IMG/VR virus record: IMGVR_UViG_3300025407_000122
Location: 1-24,483 of that record
Source: a virus
Taxonomy: Duplodnaviria; Caudoviricetes
Length of the DNA: 24,483 nt
Strand: one strand, 5' to 3'
Notes under the pieces: model-generated
Databases searched by the model: none
Told to the model about the DNA's origin: nothing
Seen by the model: only the letters and a program-made list of their open reading frames with translations
Shown here: piece after piece, positions 17,756-24,483 of the stretch
Position numbering within the stretch: the stretch's first letter is position 1
Layout: the number at the start of each line of letters is the position of its first letter
Position numbers and translations under genes: made by a program

Positions 17756-18285
17756 TATGCTGCCTCCGCCAGATGTTGGCCGTGATTAGCAAACTGCCCA
17801 TGCAATTCCATACGTACATTATATGCTACTTCTTTTGCTTCTTCCAGTGTTTTGCATTCTTGAACAAACCTTTTTCCTTTATTGCTAATGCCTACAACCC
17901 AAACATTACGGTTTTTGCGAAAATAAATGTTTTTATTTCCACATTTATTATTGGATTGAATTTTGCGGTTTAACATATTGTTTTGGTGACTGCACATTCT
18001 AAGATTTTCAATACGATTATCTGATGGATTGCCATTTATATGGTCAATTTCCATATCTTCAGGAATATGGCCTAACCACCAATTCCAAACTGCTCTGTGA
18101 TATTTTATGCGCTTATTACCGTAAGAAATATCCATACGGCCATCAGATTTAGTTCGCCCAACAGGTTTCCCGCTCCAACGGGTATCCCAATTTTTATTTA
18201 TATTGCGGGGTTTCCATAAAAGAACACCATCAACATAGTTAAATGCTGTTTTTGCTTCATCTTTTGTAAGATTAGAAATGCTCAT
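17755..18285 (-). CDS. Free-standing HNH homing endonuclease with an AP2-like C-terminal DNA-binding domain, 176 aa
   Basis: YHRAVW...IDHINGNPSDNRIENLR....N..N, followed by an AP2-like tail ending LEEAKEVAY...LHGQFAN. ATG at 18285 overlaps the fibre stop (ATGA). AT-rich. Confidence 0.9.
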   Translation of the reverse strand: MSISNLTKDEAKTAFNYVDGVLLWKPRNINKNWDTRWSGKPVGRTKSDGRMDISYGNKRIKYHRAVWNWWLGHIPEDMEIDHINGNPSDNRIENLRMCSHQNNMLNRKIQSNNKCGNKNIYFRKNRNVWVVGISNKGKRFVQECKTLEEAKEVAYNVRMELHGQFANHGQHLAEAA

Positions 18286-21200
18286 ATTACGGTCCAAGTT
18301 GAAGATGCTGGAATAGTGATCGTGGCGGAGGAAGAAATAACAATGGGTCCGAAGGTTCCTGAGTTAGTATTAGCAGGAATTGAGTAAGATGTATTCACGG
18401 TTTGACCATTTTGCCAAAAAATCTGGTCAGTTCCGCCGCCAGTCGCGCCGCCACCAATGGATGACCAAGCAGACCCATTATAGCCTTCAAAAGCAGTTTT
18501 ATCCGTATTAAAGCGGATCATGCCTGTCGCGCCCGTAGGCTCTTGGGCGGTCGTTCCGACTGGAAGGGTTATTGCCCCAGTACCGGGGAACGATACCAAT
18601 CCCGTAGAACCACTAATTAACATAGAATCGGTTGTGCTATTATTGACATTCAACCGCAAGCTATTAGCGGAATATGTGCCAATAACCATGTCCGAACTAT
18701 ACGCATAAAGGTAACCGTTGTTTGGTTGGTTGAACGACCCAGCAACTTGGGCAGTAATTGTAGTGCCATTGCTGACCGTCTGCGCGGAACTTAAAGTATA
18801 CGTTCCCGTCCCACCCTGTAGGTAAAAATTATACGTTCCGCTTGCGTTTGTCGTTAGGTTGACAGATGCCAACGACGCATTAACCAAGTTAATTTGAAGC
18901 GGGTTTGATGTTCCAAAACTTCCAACAAATGTCCCGGCTGGAATACCTGTCCCGGAAATTAGTTGCCCGATAACAATCCCAGTATTTGACGATACGGTAA
19001 TAACCGAAGCGCCGCTTGTTCCAGTTGCGGTTGGCGATGCGGCTGGCGAACCAGTTGCGGTCAATTGGGTAGTGATTGTAGGCGAGCCAGTAATACCAGT
19101 GCCGGAAACAACCGCCCCATAAAGCAAATTGCCAGTTGATACAGCCGAAATTGTCAAAGTGGTGCTTGATACGCCGCCAGTTCCGCCAGTTCCACTGAAC
19201 GAACCATAACCAGAACTATTAATGCCAGCGTTAACATAAGTTGAACCAGCATTATTATTATAAATTGCAAAATCGGTAGATGCGAAACCGCCGCCGCTTT
19301 GGTTTTGTACAGCTAAATATCCGTACCCGTTGATAGTAGTAGCGAAAGTTCCGAAAAGGCCAGTATCATAGTAATTTAGACTACCATAGGAGTACGCGCC
19401 CACATTTGCGGGGGTTGCAATTGTTGCTGTGCTTAGGTGGTTAGGCGAACTTAATGTTGTGCCATTAAACGTAAAGTTTGATGCACTTTGTAGGGCGCTT
19501 GTGCCGTTGCCGTATGGAATGTAATTGGCGGTCAGGGATGCGAAGCCCGTACCACCCGCTGTGACTGGCAATGTACCGGATGTTAATGCCGACGACGAAG
19601 TGGCGTATAATGCGCCGCCCGATGTAAATGACGTTAGCCCAGTACCGCCATTAGAAGTATTCAACGTGCCAGCAAGAGTAATTGCGCCCGTTGTTCCAGT
19701 GGAAGGTGTAAATCCTGTTGTACCCGCTGAGAATGACGTAACACCGCCCGTGGATGCTGCCCAAATTGGGACGCCGCCAGACAATGTAAGAACATAACCG
19801 TTTGTACCCGCCGCAAGACGTGACCATGTATTGGTAGCCGAACCATACAACAAGTCACCCGTAGCAACCGCAGTTTGGCCCGTGCCACCAACAGTGGCTC
19901 CAACTGAACCAGACGTAATTTGCGATCCCGCGATGGCAATAGACGTGTTAGAAGCCGCCGTTAACTGCCCCTGAGCGTTAACCGTAAAGGTTGGCACGGA
20001 AGAAGCAGAACCATAAGATGTTGCCGTAACAGCGGTATTTGTAATGCTGAATACGTTGCCTGATAATGTAAGCCCTGTACCGGCTTGGTAAGTTCCCGCA
20101 CCAGAGAATTGCGCCCAAGTAACGGGAGTAGTTCCCAAAGTTCCGCCCGGATCAACCGTACAGACCCAACCAGTATCAGCCTGTGTTGTCCCCTCTTCAA
20201 CAAAAACAAATGCTGAAACCAATTGGTTCCATGTATTTGCGTCAGAAGAACGGCTCCATGTGCCAGAAGAGGAGACATAAATTCCGTTTTGTGATTGCGT
20301 TGTCTGGTTTTTAACCAAAACTCTGCTGGAAGATGTTAAAATTCCATCAATTGTCTGTTCTCCAGACAATGTAATATTTGCTGTTGTCCCAACAAGAACT
20401 GGAGATTTTACATCCAATCCCTGAGCAACCGAATCCACATAGGACTTATTTGCAATATCCGTTGGATTGACTGGTGTGCTTGAAACCGTACCAGATGTCA
20501 TAGAAACGCTGGTAGCGGATGCTGCACCCAATATTGGCGTAACAAGCGTTGGAGATGTTGCAAGAACAATGCTTCCAGAGCCAGTAACGGCCTGACCCAA
20601 GGCGGTTTGAACGCCAGTCCCAAAAGACGTAATTCCAGTGCCGCCATTAGCAATAGGTAGCGTACCAGTGACGCCAGTGGTTAACGGCAAGCCCGTTGCG
20701 TTTGTAAGGGTTACAGACGTTGGCGTTCCAAGTGCGGGGGTTACCAAAGTTGGTGAGTTTGAAAGAACAACCGACCCAGAACCCGTTGAAGTTGTAACGC
20801 CCGTACCGCCATAAGCAACGCCAATGGTTGACCCCTGCCAAACGCCAGTGCCAATTGTTCCTACGCTGGTTAAAGACGAAGAAACAACGGAAGAATTTAA
20901 TGTTGTACCAGAAAGCGTACCAGCGGGAGCAATTACAACTGCCGTTGATGCAACCGTCAATTGTCCTTGGGCATTAACAGTAAATGTCGGTATGGCCGTA
21001 GATGCACCATAAGACCCAGCCGTTACTGTTGTATTGGCAATAGCCGCCGTCACATTGGTTGAACCATTAAATGACGTGCCGGATAGCCCAGTACCAAGCG
21101 TCAAAGTTCCGGTCGTGCTGGCCGTAATTGTAGTTGACCCGCCCAAGCTAACGGAATTTCCATTAATGGTGACGCTGCTATTAGCCAATCCGCTATTGGG

Positions 21201-22286
21201 TATTGCAGTGTTAATTGCTGAAGATGGTATAGAAATTGTCGTATTTGAGGCAGCAGTTAATTGTCCCTGAGCATTGACAGTAAATGTTGGAACAGTTGCT
21301 GCTGAGCCATATGAGTTAGCTGTAACAGTGGTATTTGCAATGGCCGCTGTTACATTAGTCGATCCATTGAATGATGTTCCAGATAAGCCTGTTCCAAGTG
21401 TCAACGTACCAGTTGTACTTGCCGTGACCGTGGTTGACCCACCAAGGCTTACAGAATTGCCATTAATTGTAATGCTGCTGTTGGCTAAGCTGGCATTTGG
21501 GATGGCAGTATTAATTGCAGAAGATGGGATGGATATCGGCGTATTAGATGCGGCGGTTAATTGCCCCTGTGCGTTTACCGTAATTGAAGGAACGGATGAG
21601 GCTGTTCCATAGGAACCCGCAGTCACGGTCGTATTTGCAATGCTAATCGTACCAGATGTCGTGATAGGCCCGCCCGTAAGGCCCGTTCCAGTGTTAACGG
21701 TTGTTACGGTTCCAGACCCAGCGGACGTAGACCAAGAAGGATTGGCATTTGAACCGCCGGAAATAAGAACAGCGCCCGCAGAAGATGGCCCAAGAGGAAC
21801 CCAATTTGTTGCGCTGCGGTATAAAATAGAACCCTGAGTGCTTGTAAATGCACTATCAAACAACGCCGTAACAGACGTTGCTGCCATTGCGTTGCCTGTT
21901 CCCGTAATATTTGCAAGCACCGTATTGGCATTGGTTGTCCCAAAGCCAAGCATGTTTTGAAGGTTTAAAACAGTTAAATCCGTCGGATTTGCCGACGACC
22001 CCGTATTGTTCCCCTTGATGGTGTTCGCCGCCATAGGAGCAAGATACGTATTATTAATGCTGCTGGTCGTTAAACCAATTGTACCAGACGACGTAATGGT
22101 GCCGCCTGATAGTGGTGACTGGGCGGTAATAGAAGTAATGCCCGTGATTGGATACGTTTGCTGCGTATATTTCGCAATTTGGTCTACGGTTAAATAAACA
22201 GTCGTACCGTTTTGAACAGCAGGAATTTGATTGTTGGCCGTTGCCGCTGTCGTTGAAGGCAGGTTTGAAATGGAAACATTTGACAT
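18282..22286 (-). CDS. Long tail fibre protein, 1334 aa
   Basis: Thr/Gly/Ser-rich beta repeats, 100-aa tandem repeats and xGGTG motifs. Contains a phage fibre domain (TTANITLSGEQTIDG..RVLVKNQT..QNGIY..W.RS.D) and GMIRFNTD..FEGYNG near the C-terminus. Confidence 0.88.
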   Translation of the reverse strand: MSNVSISNLPSTTAATANNQIPAVQNGTTVYLTVDQIAKYTQQTYPITGITSITAQSPLSGGTITSSGTIGLTTSSINNTYLAPMAANTIKGNNTGSSANPTDLTVLNLQNMLGFGTTNANTVLANITGTGNAMAATSVTALFDSAFTSTQGSILYRSATNWVPLGPSSAGAVLISGGSNANPSWSTSAGSGTVTTVNTGTGLTGGPITTSGTISIANTTVTAGSYGTASSVPSITVNAQGQLTAASNTPISIPSSAINTAIPNASLANSSITINGNSVSLGGSTTVTASTTGTLTLGTGLSGTSFNGSTNVTAAIANTTVTANSYGSAATVPTFTVNAQGQLTAASNTTISIPSSAINTAIPNSGLANSSVTINGNSVSLGGSTTITASTTGTLTLGTGLSGTSFNGSTNVTAAIANTTVTAGSYGASTAIPTFTVNAQGQLTVASTAVVIAPAGTLSGTTLNSSVVSSSLTSVGTIGTGVWQGSTIGVAYGGTGVTTSTGSGSVVLSNSPTLVTPALGTPTSVTLTNATGLPLTTGVTGTLPIANGGTGITSFGTGVQTALGQAVTGSGSIVLATSPTLVTPILGAASATSVSMTSGTVSSTPVNPTDIANKSYVDSVAQGLDVKSPVLVGTTANITLSGEQTIDGILTSSSRVLVKNQTTQSQNGIYVSSSGTWSRSSDANTWNQLVSAFVFVEEGTTQADTGWVCTVDPGGTLGTTPVTWAQFSGAGTYQAGTGLTLSGNVFSITNTAVTATSYGSASSVPTFTVNAQGQLTAASNTSIAIAGSQITSGSVGATVGGTGQTAVATGDLLYGSATNTWSRLAAGTNGYVLTLSGGVPIWAASTGGVTSFSAGTTGFTPSTGTTGAITLAGTLNTSNGGTGLTSFTSGGALYATSSSALTSGTLPVTAGGTGFASLTANYIPYGNGTSALQSASNFTFNGTTLSSPNHLSTATIATPANVGAYSYGSLNYYDTGLFGTFATTINGYGYLAVQNQSGGGFASTDFAIYNNNAGSTYVNAGINSSGYGSFSGTGGTGGVSSTTLTISAVSTGNLLYGAVVSGTGITGSPTITTQLTATGSPAASPTATGTSGASVITVSSNTGIVIGQLISGTGIPAGTFVGSFGTSNPLQINLVNASLASVNLTTNASGTYNFYLQGGTGTYTLSSAQTVSNGTTITAQVAGSFNQPNNGYLYAYSSDMVIGTYSANSLRLNVNNSTTDSMLISGSTGLVSFPGTGAITLPVGTTAQEPTGATGMIRFNTDKTAFEGYNGSAWSSIGGGATGGGTDQIFWQNGQTVNTSYSIPANTNSGTFGPIVISSSATITIPASSTWTVI
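20945..21641. repeat. 300-bp (100-aa) coding tandem repeat, about 2.3 copies
   Basis: IANTTVTAxSYG...VNAQGQLT units with equivalent positions at 21631, 21331 and 21031. A further partial copy lies near 19935-20046. Confidence 0.9.
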
Positions 22287-23015
22287 TTACGCACCTGTCT
22301 GAACAATTTGTGTGTATTGCGGCGGTATACCAACGGACGCTGTTACTATACGTGTATTTGCACCCAAAAGTCCACCAGAAGGTATAGCTTTGTTGGCTTG
22401 ATATGTGAAGGTTGTAGCTGACAAAACAGTGATGCTAAACATCCCCATAGCATCATTATTTGTCGTACCCGTAACTGATATCTGACTATTAGTTACAAGG
22501 CTATTTGCGGTAGAAAGTGTTACGGTAATAGTAGTTGTGCCGTTGGCTGTGATGGATACAACAGGTAACAGCACGTCAAAAACCGTCTGGTTGATCAGTG
22601 GCATTAATGCATTTGGATCAAGGTCCGCTGGCTTGCCGATTGGCTGTACCGTAAGGCTTTGCCCATCTTCCGTAATCAAATCCACATTATTAGGGACTGG
22701 GATGCCTGTTTGGGTATTAATGGTAAAGCCGGGTTCCGCCAGATTGCTGGTATTGTATATGTCATACGAATCGGGACGGGCGTTCAACACAGGAATCGGA
22801 TCTTGTGTAGTCAATATTGGTTTCAATTGCGCCTGTGGTTTGTCATAGCATTTTTCGCACACCAAAAATCGCAAGTTCTGCAATTGCGGACCACGGAAAT
22901 CAAACTGCCATTTCAATGCTTTATGGTTGTAAATCCACCCGCACCTGTCGCATCTACCCCAAGCAGAAGGCGCATTAGGGTTAACAAAAGCATGCCCATG
23001 AGGTCTATACGCCAT
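22287..23015 (-). CDS. CxxC...CxxC (putative Zn-binding) neck/virion protein with a C-terminal beta domain, 242 aa
   Basis: Start reassigned to ATG at 23015 (MAYRPHG) because GAGGT lies 5 nt upstream. Motifs CDRCG...LVCEKCYD.PQ.QL...DP.P..NARPD. Confidence 0.75.
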   Translation of the reverse strand: MAYRPHGHAFVNPNAPSAWGRCDRCGWIYNHKALKWQFDFRGPQLQNLRFLVCEKCYDKPQAQLKPILTTQDPIPVLNARPDSYDIYNTSNLAEPGFTINTQTGIPVPNNVDLITEDGQSLTVQPIGKPADLDPNALMPLINQTVFDVLLPVVSITANGTTTITVTLSTANSLVTNSQISVTGTTNNDAMGMFSITVLSATTFTYQANKAIPSGGLLGANTRIVTASVGIPPQYTQIVQTGA

Positions 23016-23634
23016 GATTAACCTCATAACAAAACCGTTTGCCACCAACAGTTTTTCTGCCGTTTTTCCCCAAACACAATTCAATTAATGCGCTTCTTGA
23101 CACATTATAGATTCTTGCAGCTTCGCTGGCGGATGCGTAAATTTTCCCATCATCCAAGCAAATTACTTTTCTTGCCACAGATGCTGGCCCCATTTCCGCA
23201 TATTTTTTCCACATTTCAAAATTTTTATACGCAGTTTCTTTAAGTTTTTTACGTGTTTGTTCAGTATGGGTTTTTCCCAAACGATATTTATTCCCCATAT
23301 GAACTTGTTTAATTTTTTGTCTGGCTTCTTCAGACATCACGCCACCAAGTCGACCACCGCCTCCTTTTGTTGAATTATATTCAGGCGCTAATTCAGAAAT
23401 AATTTTTATTTCCAAATTTTTTGCTTCTTCTAAGGAATCAGCATAATCCGCTTCATAAACATCAAACTTATCTTCCCCATATTTACGAATTGCTTTGTAA
23501 AAAATACCCTTATTATGCCCCAATCTTGCTTGGGAAATATGTTCTGTCCAACGACGCAAAATTGAACGGCCCGTTATACCTACATAACGTTTACCATTTA
23601 ATTTATTTTCAGCGACGTATAATGTATAAGTCAT
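23005..23634 (-). CDS. Free-standing GIY-YIG homing endonuclease with NUMOD3- and NUMOD1-like domains, 209 aa
   Basis: LY..ENKLNGKRYVGIT...RRWTEH, conserved E and YN.T.GG. NUMOD3-like GKTHTEQTRKKL and NUMOD1-like RKVICLDDGKIYASASEAAR. AT-rich. Confidence 0.9.
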   Translation of the reverse strand: MTYTLYVAENKLNGKRYVGITGRSILRRWTEHISQARLGHNKGIFYKAIRKYGEDKFDVYEADYADSLEEAKNLEIKIISELAPEYNSTKGGGGRLGGVMSEEARQKIKQVHMGNKYRLGKTHTEQTRKKLKETAYKNFEMWKKYAEMGPASVARKVICLDDGKIYASASEAARIYNVSRSALIELCLGKNGRKTVGGKRFCYEVNHGV

Positions 23635-23641
23635 TGATATC

Positions 23642-24340
23642 TCATGATATTCTGAAATATCCGGCCAATCCGGGCATTATATAAAGTGGCACATTTTCAA
23701 CGTCCTGTGTAGCAGCTATCATATACGCTTGCTGGGCCTTAGCCTCCAACATTTGCATGCGATCCGGCGCATAAATAGCCGCCAGACGTGCCGCCAAACC
23801 TGCCGCTAACGCATCCAACCAACGATATGGCACGTCAACCGTCTGTGCGTCCGTCAATTCAGCATCCTGAATCTGCGTCACCGCATAATAGTTTAACGTA
23901 TAATAGTTTGATTGATCCGGAACAGGCCACAACGTAACCGTTGGGTTGATTAAACGGTCAAACCAAAACACCGTAGGCGGCGCTTGCTGCAATTTATTAG
24001 GCGTTTGGCTGTATTCTGTGCGTGAAATAGGCATAATAACACGGTCAAACTGCGATGAAGTGCCAGTATTCTGTTGAATAACGGCATCAAGAATCATCAC
24101 AACCTTTTGCGGGACCGTATAAGTTGTCTGTCCCTGCACCAATGGCACGGAAATAAGCACAACTTCCCACAAGTTAACCCCTTGGTTAGCCCAAGAAGCA
24201 AGCATGAGGTTGGTTTCAAACCGCGCATCCGTCATATGCTCTTGCATAATGGCGGTCCTGCGTACACCGCAACGTGCATACGCATTCAAGACGATTTCGC
24301 CAAGCGACGGATTAAACGTATAAATGCCGCTGGTGGTCAT
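23642..24340 (-). CDS. Putative head-tail adaptor / head completion protein, 232 aa
   Basis: AAGGA RBS. MTTSG...AYARCG...LMLASWANQGVNLW...LWPVPD...DVPYRWLDALAAGLAARLA layout: helical termini around a beta insert. Confidence 0.7.
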   Translation of the reverse strand: MTTSGIYTFNPSLGEIVLNAYARCGVRRTAIMQEHMTDARFETNLMLASWANQGVNLWEVVLISVPLVQGQTTYTVPQKVVMILDAVIQQNTGTSSQFDRVIMPISRTEYSQTPNKLQQAPPTVFWFDRLINPTVTLWPVPDQSNYYTLNYYAVTQIQDAELTDAQTVDVPYRWLDALAAGLAARLAAIYAPDRMQMLEAKAQQAYMIAATQDVENVPLYIMPGLAGYFRIS

Positions 24341-24349
24341 TTTCTATCC

Positions 24350-24483
24350 TTAGAAAATAGTACCGTCGTTTGCTACTAAGATGCCTTCAGCCGTAAAGCC
24401 AGCAGCATATGCGGTGCCAGTTGCCGACATTTGCCACTGGATATCCGTCTTTTGACCATATGAGTTTGGGTACCAACGTTCGC
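24350..24483 (-). CDS. 3' end of an upstream phage structural gene (partial)
   Basis: Open frame ...ERWYPNSYGQKTDIQWQMSATGTAYAAGFTAEGILVANDGTIF*, with TAA at 24350-24352, 9 nt before the next ATG. Confidence 0.6.
   Translation of the reverse strand, partial: ERWYPNSYGQKTDIQWQMSATGTAYAAGFTAEGILVANDGTIF

Noticed and set aside
18262-18285. HNH N-terminus (MSISNL) resembles the long-fibre N-terminus (MSNVSISNL)
   Set aside because: Only 5 residues with different codons; likely chance.
23016-23084. ORF-track N-terminal extensions (also 18286-18297)
   Set aside because: They overlap neighbouring genes. Internal ATGs at 23015 and 18285 have an RBS or stop-start coupling.
17755-23634. Group I intron or intein context for the two endonucleases
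   Set aside because: Flanking genes are complete with their own starts and stops, and there is no non-coding flank to hold a ribozyme.
1-24483. Alternative genetic code, tRNAs, rho-independent terminators
   Set aside because: Genes tile the window under the standard code with TAA, TGA and TAG all used as stops. There is no intergenic room, and no cloverleaf or hairpin-plus-U-tract was seen.

Overview
The window is a densely packed, minus-strand virion morphogenesis module of a tailed dsDNA phage or prophage, with a podovirus-like gene order. In transcription order (right to left) it encodes: a partial structural gene, a head-tail adaptor, a free-standing GIY-YIG endonuclease, a CxxC/CxxC neck-associated protein, a 1334-aa tail fibre, a free-standing HNH endonuclease, three fibre genes (two with S74 autocleaving chaperones), small membrane/fibre/chaperone genes, a second adaptor, and a nozzle. 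These are followed by a small gene that appears to start at ATC and an ejection-protein block (194-aa protein, GNAT, 1783-aa protein with a transglycosylase-like domain, 746-aa protein, ADP-ribosyltransferase-like protein). Two membrane/holin-like genes close the window. Three signals stand out. (1) A short x-[AK]-x-GG-x-[IV]-type motif recurs about 10 times at domain borders in four ejection-block proteins and may be a processing or packaging tag. (2) Nucleotide-identical GC-rich linkers punctuate the S74 fibre genes and may be module-shuffling sites. (3) One gene has a non-canonical ATC start. All functional calls come from motif recognition by eye; no database search was run.
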